The notes: generated by a model from the sequence alone, not told the origin. Numbered from the stretch's first letter, positions 22,360-39,946 are shown. The stretch is DNA of 63,913 nt from Salpingoeca rosetta (GCA_033442325.1 JAWQFM010000018.1:851813-915725); one strand, 5' to 3'. Numbers and translations are program-made.

Positions 22360-23230
22360 GGCGATGACGATCAATTGATGTTCCAACCGCTGGGTTTTGT
22401 GAAGCTGAAGCTGGTGAATGGAGTAGGGAAATGGAAGTGTCGTGGGCACTTGGGGTCTGTGTGCGTGGCTATGAATCCTTCGTGGGGTTTCCTGTTCAGC
22501 ACAAGAGAAGAGACACAAGCACAGCAATCAGTCGGGTGAGCGCGGGAGCTCGAATGCATCGACCAGAGGCAGAAGCTGTTTCACCAGAGAAGAACACATC
22601 AGAGGAGGCAAGGCAAGTCACGCCACAGGGTTCGCTCGGTTGCGTACGGTAGCAGATGAATGCGATGCTGCTCTGACAACACAGCACAAGGTCGGGCCAA
22701 TGCTTGGTGCTTGTTTGGTGCTTGCTTGGTGCTGGTTGCTTGGCTTCGTGTGTGGGTGTGTGTCTTCTTTCCTGCCTTGCGTCGTCTGTGGTGGTGGTTG
22801 GTGATGATGGAGATGGCGTGTGATGCAAGGAGGGGAAAGAAAAGCAAAGGTGAGGGACCCTTTTCCGGAAGCCTGAAGCTGCCGCAGCTTGCGATTGCTT
22901 CTGCTGCTGTTGTGACTGCTTCTGTTTGGTGCTGTGTGTGATTGTTGTGTGCGTGCAGATGAGTCAGCGATGGCTGCGTGTCATAGGCTATGTGTATGTG
23001 ATGATGTTTGGTTGCTTGTTTGCTTGTTTGCTTGTTTGCTTGTGCGTGATGATGATGACAATGCCGACCTTGAGGCGTGTGATTCACGATGAGAGAGTGT
23101 GTGTGTGGGCTGGCGCAGGGAAGGGTGCGTGTGTTTGAGTGTTTGAGTGAATGGAGGCTCTTGCTTGGTTTGGTTGCTTGTTCGTCATCGATGTCATCAA
23201 ACCTTGAACAACCGTCACCCACCTGCGCTG

Positions 23231-23245
23231 CCGCGAAATTTGAAA
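23231..23245 (+). promoter_or_regulatory. Composite E2F-like + CHR element CCGCGAAATTTGAAA
   Basis: CGCGAAA (E2F-like) abuts TTTGAA (CHR). An identical 15-mer lies on the minus strand at 59680-59694, upstream of E2F. Confidence 0.6.
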
Positions 23246-23393
23246 TTGCTGCTGACTCATCACTATTCGTAATGTGGACAATTTGCTTTGTTATTCGTAA
23301 ATAATCTACACAGCCACAGCACAGGGTGGAAAGGACCACACGCACGTTGCCGCGAACAGCCAGACGAACCAACCAAGCAACCAAGCAACCAAG

Positions 23394-24901
23394 ATGAAGG
23401 TGGTCACGTGCGACGAGACAGGGCTGGTGAAGACGGTGTCAGTAGAGCGGACGGCTGTGGAGAGCAAATGGCGCAAGCAGAGCCGGGCAAAGGCGTCGCA
23501 GCGCATGTGTTTTGCGCACCAATCCGATGATACGGTGAGGCTCGGGGATGTGTTGTTGTTGTGGTGTGTTGTGTTGTTATTGTTGTTGTGTTGTTTGTTG
23601 TGCACCTTGTGTTTGTGTTGTGTCGTGTTGTTGTTGTGCACCTTGTGTTTGTGTTGTGCTGTGTTGTGCACCTTGTGTTGTGCTGTGCTTTCTTCCTTGC
23701 ACGCCACAGGGCCAGCGACCACTGCGCTCATTGACCGACAACCCACTTTGATTTGTGCGTAGGTGTATTTGGGATTGGCAACCAAGAAGCTGGAAAAGGT
23801 GGATTTCCTGAACCGCCATCCGATTAGCTTGACCAAGACGGATGTGGAGTCCTTCGCAGGGCTTGCCGTCACAGAGAACAGGTGTCATTGCAACAGAGAG
23901 GCTGTGGGTTTTTATGGGCGTGTTAGCTTGTGCGTGTGATAGTGCGTGTATGTGAACGCACGGATCAGCGTGTGAGCATGTGTGTGTATGTATGTCATTA
24001 TGTGTACACATGCATTCGTAGTGTGTATTGTGAGCTGGCGTGGTTCGAAATTCACTGCACTTGGTCGTGCATGGAATGGCATTCCCAAGTCTCATACGCT
24101 GCTCGTATCGACGTGCTGTAGGATTGTCACATGCTGCTCAACGGGTCAGGTTACCCTCCGCGACCTGAACGCGCCATCGGAAGTTGTGGTACGCACACAT
24201 GCTTGCGGTTTGTGCGGGAATGAAAGGGTCACTCACGTATGTGCAACAAGAAAGGAGTGCGCCTTCTTGTTGTGTTGTGTTGTGTTGTGTGTGTGTGTGT
24301 GTAAATGAACATGTGTGTGTGTCGTGTGCCTCAGGTTTGTGTCTCATTTCGGTGCGATGAAACAGGCGACGTTCAAGGGTCACGTGCGCAGCAGCTGCAT
24401 GAAGTTGGGATTGCAGAACAAGAACATTCTCGCCATGGGCGGCAAGGTGTGTGTGTGTGTGTGCGGTTGAACTTTTCATCCTGCGTTGCGCGGTGCTTAC
24501 TGGTTGCAGCTGCGAATCGGCCAGTCCCTGCACGTGCTCACCTGCTCTCTGGCGCCAATGAAAACCCGCAGGACGCGGACCTCAGGATATGGGACGTCAA
24601 CTCGACAGACAAGCAGATCTTCAAGGCAAAGAACGTCAAGAACAACCGCTTGAACCTCCAGGTCATTGCAGAGCAGTTGCACACGCGCGCATGAGAAACG
24701 CATGTGCATACATTGCTGCCTGCTGTGCCTTGATCCCGGTTCTTGCTCACGCCCTCACCTGTGATGTGTGATGCGATATGTGTGTGCGTGATGTGTGTTC
24801 GTAACAGGTTCCCGTGCACATTCGCGACGTCGCGTTTATGCCAAACAGCGATGATCGCGTCGTAGTCACCGTTTCCGCACACAAACACGTCCGTACATGC
24901 A

Positions 24902-24946
<45 letters not shown>

Positions 24947-25427
24947 GTGTATGCGTGTATGTGTGTGCGTGTGTTAGCGTGGAGAGGTGTCAATCTTATC
25001 CCTTGGTGTTGCTAACTTACTTCATCACCTCTCATGTCCCCCTCATGTGCACATCACCACGTACGATTCCGCCTTTATCGCCAAACAGTTTCGGATCTAC
25101 GACAGCAGAGTGAAACAGCGGCCTATTTTCAGGTGCGGCCTGCGAATGCGCAGCGCGTTTCATGTGTAAATATCTGCGCAGTGCGCATATATGTGTGCGT
25201 GTGTGTGCGTATATATGTGCGTGTGCGTACGCTCTGTTGGTGTTCTTCAACGAGTTCATACTTGTCCTTGTGCGCATGTTCATGTTCATGCGTTCACGTT
25301 CATGCGTTCACGTGTGCGTATGTGTGTGTGTGCAGTACCGTCTACTCCGAGGCCGCGCTGAACTGCGTCGCCCTCACAAACGACGGACGGTGAGCACATG
25401 TATGCAGAGGGGGGGGGGTGTGGTGCA

Positions 25428-25481
<54 letters not shown>

Positions 25482-25482
25482 G

Positions 25483-25520
<38 letters not shown>

Positions 25521-26144
25521 ATGCATGCGTGTTAATGTGTGTGTTGAAGGCATCGACGCCACGCACCACACCGCATGCTCCCACGCAACCACGGCTGCAC
25601 ATTGTCCACCAAGTCGGCTCTCACGCTGCCCTCCCCTCCCCATGCTCTGTCACCACCACCACCAGCCACGCCATCACTGGCGATGCGCTCGGACACACGC
25701 ACCTCTTCGACATGCGCGCACGTGAGTGGCACCGCCCATGTGTATGTGTGTGTTTGTGTGTGTTTGTGTGTGTTTGTGTGTGTTTGTGTGTGTGTGTGTG
25801 TTTGTGTGTGTTTGAACTTGAGAATGTTATGTGAGCTGTGAGATAGACGTTCTATGCTTCCTTGCTCACGTGCATACACACACACGCACAATACACACAC
25901 ACACACACACACGATACACCAGGGCGGTCGATTGGCAAGTTCCACGGCCCCGTCGGCGCTGTGCGCAGCGTGTCCCTGCACCCGGTGCTGCCGTTTGTCG
26001 CTGTTGGAGGACTGGATCGACACGTGCGTGTGTACGACGTGACGACGCGCCAGCTCATGACGAAGGTCTTCCTCAAGCAGCGCATTGAACACGTCCTCTT
26101 CACCAGTGAAGACAAGGTGCGTGTGTGCGTGTACGTGTGCGTGC

Positions 26145-26224
<80 letters not shown>

Positions 26225-26573
26225 CTTGCAAGTGTATGTGCGCGCGTTTGTACCCGATCCTGATATGGTGTATGTGTGCGCTTTGGGGTTGGACTGGCAG
26301 GTGGTTGTAAAGGACGACGAAGAGGAGGAGGAGGAAGCAGCTGTGAAGGCAGAGGAAGGCCATGGGGAGGAGATGGATGAAGACGATGTGATGTGGGCAG
26401 CGCTCGCATCGGCCAACGTGCCGAAGAAGGCAAAGATGGAACCAAAGAAAGAGGAGGAACAGCAGGACGATGATGATGATGACGATGATGATGGTGGTGA
26501 TGATGATGATGATGATGAGGACGATGAAGAAGAAGAAGAAGATGATGATGTGAAGGAGGAAGAGGACGTGTAA
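23394..26573 (+). CDS. WDR74: WD-repeat ribosome biogenesis protein WDR74/NSA1
   Basis: MKVVTCDETGLVK start, ILAMGGK|DADLRIWD...IFKAKNVKNNRLNLQ|VPVHIRD, FRIYDSRVKQRP, GAVRSVSLHPVLPFVAVGGLDRHVRVYD...KVFLKQR, and an acidic tail with DDVMW. Confidence 0.92.
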
Positions 26574-26709
26574 TCTGCCATGCCATGTCCTCCCCCCCCC
26601 CTCTTCCTGCCTCCCTGCTCTTGCTGTTGCCTCGCTCGTGTCCACAGAAGAGGGCGTTCACTCGCGTGCTCTCGCCAATGAATGATTGAATGAATGAATC
26701 CGTGCATGC

Positions 26710-29751
<3,042 letters not shown>

Positions 29752-30039
29752 CACACTTGGCCATCACGTGTATGTGTGCGTATGTCTGTGTATGTCTGTG
29801 TGTGTGCCTCCTTCTTATCATCCTGACTCTCCATCCGCTGTTCGGTCGAATCACTGCGCTGTTGCCACGCTCTGTTCTAGTTTCTTCTCTCAGATGTGCA
29901 CACATAATCCATTGAAGCGGAAGAAGGAACAATGAGCAAACTAGTCAATGCAAGTGGCTGCTTGGTGCTCCAAGCACACACACACACCATACACACTCAC
30001 ACACAGCGCGCACGTCTCGATCATGCTGGCTCCACAGTG

Positions 30040-30461
30040 CTATTGATTGCGTGTGTGCCCGTCCATGAGCGCCACGGCGGCGTTTAGATCCAGATCGTGC
30101 TGCTCTTCGGTCTGAACATTCTTCAACCGCACCTGGATTGTGAGGTGAGAGGTGGACAAGAATGGCACGGAAGGCATTCGGCGGTGGGGGATAAATCAAG
30201 TCGTGCATACGATGGCCAGAAGTGAACGTGACAAGAGGATGACACGCAAACACACCGAAACGAGAAGGCGCAACAAAGAGCGAGCAAGCAAGCACACGCA
30301 CGCGCATACACCACCACACCACACCTTGCCCGCCTGTGCTTCTTGGGTTCCGATGAATACGAGATACGAAACGTTTTGTTGTAGCGCCTCCTTGATCTGA
30401 AATGTGACGTCATCATTATCATCAGCAGCAGAAGTAGCAGCAGCAGCACGGAAACATTGAT

Positions 30462-30512
<51 letters not shown>

Positions 30513-30514
30513 GC

Positions 30515-30548
<34 letters not shown>

Positions 30549-31534
30549 CTGCTCGTGAGTTGTTAAAGCACACCTGACGAAACATGCTGAAACACACACG
30601 CACACAACACAAAACAAATGCAACATATATGCAGCGCGCGGCAGCCAGACGCCCACCTGCTGCTTGACGCGGGCGCCGTGCGTGTGTGTCGTGGAAACAC
30701 CACGACACCGCAACATATGCGCAACGCTGAGGGCGAAGCGTGACACCTCCGGCAGTGGTGATGATGATGACGATGACGACGATGATGAAGATGATGATGA
30801 TGATGATGATGAGGTGGTGGTGGCGGAAGAAGCTGGCTGGTCGTGGATCTACAACAAACGTATTGGCGTGATGCGATGTGTTTGTGCTTGGGTGAGACTG
30901 ACATTGATGCAAGCAACATAATCCATGAACATGCACACGTACAACAAGCGATCATGAACACACCCACACACACAGACCCACACACATAGACACAGACACA
31001 CAGACACACAGACCCACACACATAGACACAGACACACAGACACACAGACACACAAACATACAGACACACACACACACCTCGATGACGGCTGCTGTTGGCG
31101 GTGGCGGCGGATGAGAGACGTTGCACTCCTGCAGGAGCAGCACAAGTCGATCAACCCCGCACGCCCATCCGATGGCCTGATAGTGGTGGTGGTGGCGGTG
31201 AGTGGTGGTGAGGGATGCATGAAGAGAAGGGGCCGAGAGCTGCTGCTTGAAGACGCGGATCACACAAACAAACAAACAAACATTGCCCTTTGTTTGCCGC
31301 AATTGCTTTCCCCATCTCTGAGCGCTGGGAACAGTGTAAGATTTCAGCGAGTTTTCCCCAATAAACCAGAACAAACAAACAGCACAGCACAGCACACCAT
31401 ACCGGGATTTGCCGCTTTGATCCGAGGATGGTGGCGAGTTGGTCGTATCGACCGCCAGCGAGCACCGTGTTCTGCGCACCCAGCCCTTCCGTCGTCACAA
31501 ACTCCCACACCGTGTGCGTGCTGGTAGTAGGTGC

Positions 31535-31578
<44 letters not shown>

Positions 31579-31582
31579 GTGC

Positions 31583-31633
<51 letters not shown>

Positions 31634-32992
31634 TGTGTTTGTGCGAAGCAAAGAAAACATGCATGAAGAACAATGTTCAAAACACATTATGCATGTACAC
31701 ACACACACACACATACGCACATACGCGCACACACACACACACTCACTAGTAGTCCAGCCCCCGTACAAGCTGCTCGTTGACGCTAAACGGAATGTCCAGC
31801 GCACGAAGACCATCAAGGACGCACTCCTTCCTCTCAAGGCCTTCGCTGGACGCAAAGTCCGCCATGCGCGGGGCACGTGCGGCAAGAACTTGATCGCCGC
31901 TGTCTTTGCTGTCCAGAATACGGAGTGGATTTCCACCGTCCAAACGCTCCTGGCTCGCGCGCGATAACGACGCCCGGTGCTCTAGACAGTTGTATTGAAT
32001 TGTGTGTTGTGCATGTGTGTGTGTGTGTGTGTGTGGGCACGTGAGTACGTATGTGTGAGCATATTTGTGTGGATGTGTGCACGTGAGTACGTATGTGTGT
32101 GAGCAAGTGCGTGGATGTGCGAGCAAGTGCGTGCGTGTGTGTGTATATGTGTATCCCCGTTGCAGTAACAACCACGAAAGCCCCAATGATCGGCACCTTG
32201 GAAGTAGCTGGTGAGGGCCGTGCGGTGCTTTGCGCGCGTGTCCGCGTCAAATAGACTGTTGATCTCGAGCTGCGAATGACAGAAGCGCAGCGGCAGGGGC
32301 GATTGGTGAGGAGAAGCAATATTGTGGACACACCACCACATGGCTCATTCAATACTTGACATCATTTGCTCTCACACACACACACACACTACATACACTA
32401 CACACATATATACACCACATACACACACACTACACACACAAACAACACGCACACTCTCTATCTCTCCCCTACAACACACAACACTGAACTGCACGCACCT
32501 TGACGTGACTGTCGAGCCCGAGCGAGCAGAGGAAATCGCGTGCGGAGGCGATGCATTCGACGTCGGTGACTGGCAACGCGCTCCCAAAGCACTCCACCCC
32601 GCCCTGCCAAAACTGCAACATCCACACGCATGTGTGTGTGTGTGTGTTTGTGAATAACCTTTGTGAATGGTATGGAAGGTGGCACATGCTGCTGTGGTTG
32701 TCCAGTCCCGTCCAGTAACGGGTGTCATCAAGTTTCAACAGCATGCGTGCCGCACCTGTCGATATCGGCCCTTCTGCGGGCGCTCACGGCGGAACATGGG
32801 CCCAAAGTAAAACAGTCGCTGCCGCACAGATTCCCCGGCCAAGTTCTGGATCACAGCCCGTGTCACCCCTGGCCACAACAGCAGCGCATGCAAGGCGAGG
32901 GGATTCCCAAAAAAAAAAAAAACCATCAGCCTCTAACACGCTTGAATGTGGGCATTGGAAACACTCGCATGCACCATCAACACTCGCATTGG

Positions 32993-33026
<34 letters not shown>

Positions 33027-33965
33027 GCGCGCGCGCACACACGCACACACACACACCGGCAGTTCCTTCTGGGCGGAGACAGACGTTGGAGCCGTCTGCA
33101 TCTTGGAATGCGAACATCTCCTTGTTGACCACGTCTGAGGTTGCGCCGAGGGATCGCTGGAACAGCTCGCTGTACTCAACTATCGGTGTACTCATCTGCA
33201 AGATCACACAGTGCAAAGCAAGCGGGCGAGGCAGCGAGCAGCGTGTGTCAGCACCGCATCTTACTTTGCATGAATAGAAGAAAGCAGCGCGGGGTTCACA
33301 CGTGTGTGAGTTGGTGCGCGTTGTCTACTTGGGTGTTTGTTTGGGTGTGTGTGGTCATGATGAGATACACAGCTCCTTCTTCTACCTCGCTGTAGTTGTA
33401 AGCGTGAGCTGTTTCCTGAAGCGCCTGATACACAAAGCTGAACTCACGCTGCAAGCCTGGCATCACATCCCGTGTTCCCTTCACCAGCTGCAAACATGTG
33501 TGTGTGTGTGCGTGGGTGAGTGCGTGTGTGCGTGTGAGTGAGTGAGTGTGTGTGTGTGTGAGTGAGTGAGTGCGTGTGTGCATGTGCGCATGTGTGTGTG
33601 TGAGTGAGTGAGTGAGTGAGTAAAGGTGAGTGTGGTGGAAGATGGAGTCAAGGATCAGGACAGCACCACTGCTTGTTTCAAATCATCGCAATGTCATACG
33701 CGCGCGACGCACACGTGCAGCCAGCTCAGCTCACCCGATGCTTTTGTCTTCGCTGTTGTCGTTGTTGTTGTTGTTGTGGCAACTCCGTACGCCTGTTTCC
33801 ACTCACATTCCTTTGGCCACAGCTGCGCGCAGACACGACACCACTCGTCCAACACCTGCTGGTGCCGCTGCTGGTGTGCAAGTGTCGGTCCAGTGACCGC
33901 AGCAGCATCTGCATCTGCTGCCAGCGTGCAGCCCGACTCGTTGTCCTCCTTCCCATCATCATCAT
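30040..33965 (-). CDS. hisS: Histidyl-tRNA synthetase, bacterial/organellar type, probably mitochondrial
   Basis: R/S-rich leader [15 protein letters not shown]..., then [83 protein letters not shown]. Anticodon-binding domain ends [11 protein letters not shown]...TRNQ*. Confidence 0.92.
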
Positions 33966-34004
33966 TGGTTTACATTAGGTCAAACTTGACAATGGCAGCG
34001 CAAA

Positions 34005-34016
34005 GTCAATTTTGCC
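34005..34016. promoter_or_regulatory. Candidate promoter motif GTCAATTTTGCC in the HisRS/CAPZB divergent promoter (related dyad GTCAAACTTGAC at 33979-33990)
   Basis: Exact match to the motif at 8304 and 50013. Confidence 0.65.
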
Positions 34017-34189
34017 CTCCCACAAATTGGCTGGCGGCCCCACAATCAATTCCTCGATGCCGAATTGTCTTGGGTGTTTTCCGCAGCTTTTCTTGCCTGT
34101 TTGGATTCACCAGCTCAGAGCAACAGCAAAGACGACGACAAGCAACCCAAGTCAGCACCGCCTCTCCAACACACACAAGACAGCCAAAC

Positions 34190-34449
34190 ATGGTGAGCGC
34201 AGTGAGGGAGGGCTTGCTCTGTCAGCGATGGCGGCGGCGGTGCTGTGATTGCGGATGTGAAGAACGAGGGTACACATAGGCCACGCAGCCGCGTGTCCTT
34301 CTTTGCTACGATGGAGCGTCTTGATCCAGTGTCTGTGAGTCTGAGTGTGTGTCTGTCTATCACCATTGTGTAGAGAGTTTTGTTTGTGTTTCAATGACCG
34401 TGATTGCAGCAGCGACGAGGACATGGCGCTCACCGTGCTCGCTGAACTG

Positions 34450-34506
<57 letters not shown>

Positions 34507-35154
34507 ACGTGCCAGACGGAGCGCCAATTGGACTGCGCATTGGATCTGATGCGCCGCCTTCCTCCCCAGAACATTGAGGAGAACCTGACGGGTGTCATTG
34601 ACCTGGTGCGTCGCAACACATGTGCCTGAAAAGAAACTGTGGTGGCGGACGAAGTGCACTGTGGACCGCTCGTCAGCAGGGATGTGTGAGGGAGTTTGTG
34701 TCAATGTCTTTGTGACCTTGCATGCTGGCTTGTGAATCACATAGTGTGTGTGCGTGTTGGTGTATTCTCGCAGGTTCCCAGCCTGTGCGAGGAGCTGCTG
34801 TCGTCCATTGATCAGCCCTTGAAGATTGCCAAGGACGAGGCAAGCGGCCGCGACTACCTTCTCTGCGATTACAACCGCGACGCCGACTCATACAGGTGCT
34901 GCAACTGTCTTGTACAGCAACGTGTGTGTGTGTGTGTACGCTTTGGAGTGTCGTTTTTGCGTGTGTACGTGTTTCAAGTTGTGTCTTTGCTGCAAGCCCT
35001 GTTCTCGAGTGGGCGAATATGAGTTGGCAGCACCAATTGTTGATGCCTCCGCTCCTCACGCCATCATGCGTCAGGTCACCATGGTCCAACAAGTACGATC
35101 CTCCACTGGAGGATGGTGCTGTGCCCTCCGACTCTCTTCGCGAGCTCGAGATCC

Positions 35155-35202
<48 letters not shown>

Positions 35203-35933
35203 ACTTGTACCTGTGTGCATGTGTGTCTGTCTACGGGCTGCTTTCCTTCTGTCATCGACTCACCATCGCCACCATCCTCGTCGCCGTTGTCACTAACACA
35301 ACCCCCCCCCCACAACCACCCCCACAACTGCCCCCGACCAATGCAGGCGAACCAGGCCTTTGACACATACCGCGAGCTGTACTATGAGGGCGGTGTTTCC
35401 TCCGTGTACTTGTGGGACCTGCAGGAGGGCTTTGCAGGCGTCATCCTCATCAAGAAGGGTGGGTTTTGAGTCGAATGCTGTCCACCTCGTGGGCGTGTGC
35501 GTGTGCGTGTGTATGTGTACGCGTTTACTGCTGCGTGCATTGCATTGCATTGCACTGCACCGCAACCGCTTTCTGCCTCCTTGTCACCCCACCCCACATG
35601 CATGCACATGCGCGCATTTCCTCACACACACACATCCACACACACACACACTAACACACACACACTCACACCACCATCGCAGTTGGCGATGGCTCGAAGA
35701 AGATCAAGGGCTGCTATGATTCGATCCACGTGTTTGAGGTGCAGGAGACCAGCCGCGGCTCCAACGCCACATACAAGCTCACCTCAACCGTCATGCTTTG
35801 GCTCGAGGTGCGTGTCGGGACGTGTGTGTGTGTGTGTGGGTATGGGTGTGCGTGTGCGCGTGTGTGTTTGTTTGGGCGGATAACGGCGTCTTCGTTCTTT
35901 GTGTCAAAGTTTGGTTGTGTCCCGTCTCACTCC

Positions 35934-36008
<75 letters not shown>

Positions 36009-36308
36009 CACACACACATGTGCCGTGTGCAGACGAACAAAGAGACCAGCGGGATGATGCAGCTTGGCGGTTCGCTGACGCGCCAGGCGGAGAAGACGCT
36101 GACGGTGTCGCAGAGCAGCCCGCACATTGCCAACATCGGCACCATGGTGGAGGATATGGAGAACAACATGCGCAACACGCTCGACCAGATTTACTTTGGC
36201 AAGACAAAGGATGTTGTCAACTCGCTCCGCTCCGTCAACCCGCTGTCGTCCGAAGGACTCAAAAAGGACCTTCAAGCAGAGCTCTTCAAGACCCTCAAGC
36301 GCAAGTAA
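34190..36308 (+). CDS. CAPZB: F-actin capping protein subunit beta
   Basis: ATG|gtgagc first exon, then [31 protein letters not shown]|[75 protein letters not shown]. Confidence 0.97.
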
Positions 36309-36812
36309 ACGCCTCCATTCCTGCCCTTCTCTCCCTCTCCTTCTCCCCATCACCCTTTCTTCCCTCCTTCCGCTTTATGCTTGTTCATTTGCCTGTTGGT
36401 GTTCGTGTGTGATTGTGCGTGAGCGACCGCTTGCTTGTCAGTGGCGTGTCCCTGTTGGAGCTTAGAGAAAGTCTTCATGTTGTGTGGCAGATGTGTGTAC
36501 ACGTGAGTGCCGTTGATGGTGTGAGTGCATGGAGCGAATGACAATGTGTCTGTCTACGTCTTGATGTTTTGTTTGCTTTGGTGTGTTCATTGTCATGGCG
36601 CGCGTGTGTATGTGTGTGCGTGTGTGTGCGTGCAACATTGCGGGAGGTACAGAGTGCAGTGTGCAGTGCGTGGCCCTCGTTCTCATGTCCTCTGTTATGA
36701 GTTACAAAAGCAATACAGCATTTTTTTCTTTCTTCATTTCCAGCATTGGGTTGTGGCAGAAGCGCACAAACGGCGGGCGGGCAGGTAACGTGTGCTCGAG
36801 CGAGCGCGCGCA

Positions 36813-36911
<99 letters not shown>

Positions 36912-36976
36912 ACACAGACACACACAGACACACACAGACACAGACACACAGACAGACACACACACACACACACCGT

Positions 36977-39859
36977 TCACGGTGCAGTCTCCTCGCGGTA
37001 ATCACGTGCGCGTGCGCGCAGGCGGGTCTTGAGATCGTTGTCGCCGGCGGCGTCATGTGCACACACAGTCAACCGCGGCCTGTGTGGTTCGTAAACACGC
37101 TTGGACGCCGCAGTCACCTTCACCATGCGTGTGCCAGGCCCAATCGTGTCTGCAAGTCGCTCGCACGTGCCTGCAAGCAACTCCTGTTTAGTGTCGACCA
37201 CGACGCGATGCACCTGCGACAGGCACGCAAAGTCACTGGGCTTTGACTTGTTTAGGTGCAGCGTGTGTACGTTGGAGAAAGACAGGTCTTCGCAAATTGA
37301 CAGGTCACAGTCGCTCAGCGTGCACTCTCTCACGTTATGTACCCGATTCAGGCGCAGCTTGGAGCACGCTGTCAGCTCCACCTTGCGCGTGTTCACGAGC
37401 GATACACGTCCTTGCACATTGCACAATTTCGCCTCCGCTAATCCGTCAAGCACCACCTCGTTCCTGTTGCTCCCACGCCGACGTTGCTTGCCACAGTTGG
37501 CGCCCACGCTGCCTCCGTCATCGCCACCACCACTACCGTCATTATCTTCATTCAGACCTACAGCTCGCTCACCGGGCTCTTCTTGCTCGTCACGCGCATC
37601 GCCTTTGCCGTCGTCGTCGTCGTCGTCATCATCATCATCAACGCAAGCATCGTGATGCGTGTGCCCTGTGCGTTCGTCTCCAGTCTCATGCATGCCGTTC
37701 TCATCATCCCCGCCACCTCGCCCTCCCTGTTTGCCCTCCAACTCACCGGCTTCATCCATGAGCAGCACACGCGAACAGCTCACGCGTTGCAAGTGCCTGT
37801 GTGCAGCAACACCTTTCACGACTGGCGGGTCAGCCATCGGCGCCGCCATCACGAGCGACACGACCAAGGAGTGCGCGCCAGACACAGTCAGGTGGCGAAG
37901 AGCCGGCAGCAGCGACACGTCAAGCGTATACACAAGGTCGCTGACGTTGAGGCTGGTGAGATGGGCGTGTGCTGGTGTCAGCAGCTTTGCGTGTGATGCG
38001 TAAAGCTTCAACGAGCGAAGGGTCGGGACCAGGCTCTCCAAGCCAGCATAATTCTCACTGCAGAACTCAACTCTAACTGTCAGCGACTGTAGTTTCCTCA
38101 GCCGCTGCAGTGGTGTCAGGTCAACGTGTGTGTGGCTGGGCCATGTCATTCTCTCTGCTCTTGTCAGCACCAGGTGCTCCAGATGTGGGAACATCTCCTC
38201 CTCGCTTGCAAGAGTGCGACCTGCACGGCGAAGCAAAGGAAGGAGCTGCGTGTCGGTTGCACTCAGGTGCCTGCAGCGGGGGAGGTTGGGAACAGAGACG
38301 ACGTAATCGCATGCACTGAGATGGAGCTCCTCCACGTCCACCAGTGCATTAACACTTGTCAACCCTTGCAGGTTGGTGAGACGGACACTCGGCACGCACG
38401 CCAAGGGGCCCAGCGTCTCATTCGTGATGGACGCTCCGCTACTGAGTGTCACGTGCTGCGCCTGTGCAAGCGGCTGCAGGTCAAGGCTGAGGTCCATGTC
38501 AACGTCGGCGTCTGTGTGAACAAAGTTGAGCACAACGCGCTGGACGCCACGCAGGCAGCCCAGATCCATCCGTCGGCGCACGCTCAGGGTGACCATGCGC
38601 ACGTTGGTCAGCTGCGCCACGCGCCGCAGGCTGTCAGCAGCAAGCTCCAGCTTCTCGACATCGTAAATGTTGGAGACCTCCTCAACGCCGGCAGCCAGGA
38701 CGCGCAGCGTCTGCACGTTGCCAAGGTTTGACACGGTCCGGGGTGGTCGGAGGGTCTGGAAGAGCGGGTTCGATCGTAGAGACAATTGCTGGATGGGCGG
38801 GAGGCCCAATCGCACGCGAGAGCGCAGGACGCAGTGCAGCAGCTCCAGCGCACGTGCTGATGCCTGCTGCAGGGTGACGCGTGTCACGCTGGTGCACCTT
38901 GCCATCATGTCGAGCATCGCGTTTGATTCACGCGTGTCAACATGGGGCCAGAGTTGAAGTTCGTTGGCGTGAACAGGCAGTGCGCCCAATGCGGCGGCAG
39001 CGGCAACAGTTGGGGTGTCTGCAGTGTCACAAAGAATGTGTTTGCTGCAGAGATTTGGGATCATGGAGCTGAGCGTGCTCTCGGATACGGTGCCTAGGGC
39101 AACGCAGGCGCACCCGATGTACATGTGCAGGCGGCGATCGGGCCACAGCGGGTAGAAGCGCACGGATGAGCTGCATCGGGGATCCGCTGCTAGCCACGCG
39201 AGCTCTGCTTCTGTCATGGCACAAGGGTTGATCCAGAGGCCAATCCACGCGTAGGCAAACAGCCGCTGGCGATTAAAGACAATGTCGTTCATGTCTGTTG
39301 TGCGATCAAAGAGTGGATACGCCGCCTCTGGCCACGGCGCCAACAGTCGCGGATCTCCGCCTGCGTGCGGGTGGGATCTGATTGACTTTGCTGGCTGCGA
39401 ATCCTCCTCCTCCTCTGACCGCACCCAAGCTTGGGGCAAGGTTGAGCCGGATGTGCTTGCACTGGGTTGTTGGTAGTGTTGGTGGCGTCTGCTGGCGGTG
39501 TCGACGGGCAGGGCGGGAGTTCGACGGTGTGATGAGCCTCCGCTGCGCCTCTGTTCCTTCTTAGGCCTCTTAGCTCTCTGACCATCACCACCACCATCAC
39601 CGCAATCACCGCAATCACCGCCATCACTGCTGCGGTGAGTGGGCAGAAGAGGTCGATCCCAGCGGAGGAGTAGGCCTGGTTGCGAGCCGCGGACGGGCGG
39701 ATCTGTGGCGATGGAGTGCTTTGGAACCTGATACACCAGTTCATCAAACATGCGCTTGGATGTCCTGCTCAGCGCAAACACGTCCAGCACGTTGTCTAGA
39801 TGACGTGCAACCAGCCCCCAGTGATGCACGTCCAGGGAGAGCGAGGAAGAGGACGACAT
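36977..39859 (-). CDS. Intronless F-box-like / leucine-rich-repeat protein (~960 aa)
   Basis: Single long ORF free of dinucleotide repeats. N-terminal [32 protein letters not shown] resembles an F-box; irregular LRRs include [33 protein letters not shown] and LPALRHLTV. Confidence 0.75.
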   Translation of the reverse strand: MSSSSSLSLDVHHWGLVARHLDNVLDVFALSRTSKRMFDELVYQVPKHSIATDPPVRGSQPGLLLRWDRPLLPTHRSSDGGDCGDCGDGGGDGQRAKRPKKEQRRSGGSSHRRTPALPVDTASRRHQHYQQPSASTSGSTLPQAWVRSEEEEDSQPAKSIRSHPHAGGDPRLLAPWPEAAYPLFDRTTDMNDIVFNRQRLFAYAWIGLWINPCAMTEAELAWLAADPRCSSSVRFYPLWPDRRLHMYIGCACVALGTVSESTLSSMIPNLCSKHILCDTADTPTVAAAAALGALPVHANELQLWPHVDTRESNAMLDMMARCTSVTRVTLQQASARALELLHCVLRSRVRLGLPPIQQLSLRSNPLFQTLRPPRTVSNLGNVQTLRVLAAGVEEVSNIYDVEKLELAADSLRRVAQLTNVRMVTLSVRRRMDLGCLRGVQRVVLNFVHTDADVDMDLSLDLQPLAQAQHVTLSSGASITNETLGPLACVPSVRLTNLQGLTSVNALVDVEELHLSACDYVVSVPNLPRCRHLSATDTQLLPLLRRAGRTLASEEEMFPHLEHLVLTRAERMTWPSHTHVDLTPLQRLRKLQSLTVRVEFCSENYAGLESLVPTLRSLKLYASHAKLLTPAHAHLTSLNVSDLVYTLDVSLLPALRHLTVSGAHSLVVSLVMAAPMADPPVVKGVAAHRHLQRVSCSRVLLMDEAGELEGKQGGRGGGDDENGMHETGDERTGHTHHDACVDDDDDDDDDDGKGDARDEQEEPGERAVGLNEDNDGSGGGDDGGSVGANCGKQRRRGSNRNEVVLDGLAEAKLCNVQGRVSLVNTRKVELTACSKLRLNRVHNVRECTLSDCDLSICEDLSFSNVHTLHLNKSKPSDFACLSQVHRVVVDTKQELLAGTCERLADTIGPGTRMVKVTAASKRVYEPHRPRLTVCAHDAAGDNDLKTRLRARARDYREETAP

Positions 39860-39928
39860 GCTGCATGGGCCCGCAGAAATAGGAGGGATGGGGATGATCT
39901 GAGAACACAAACACGTACATAAACAAAC

Positions 39929-39938
39929 AAAAAAAAAA
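39929..39938 (-). terminator. RNA polymerase III terminator (T10)
   Basis: T run about 8 nt downstream of the tRNA 3' end. Confidence 0.8.
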
Positions 39939-39946
39939 GGACGATG

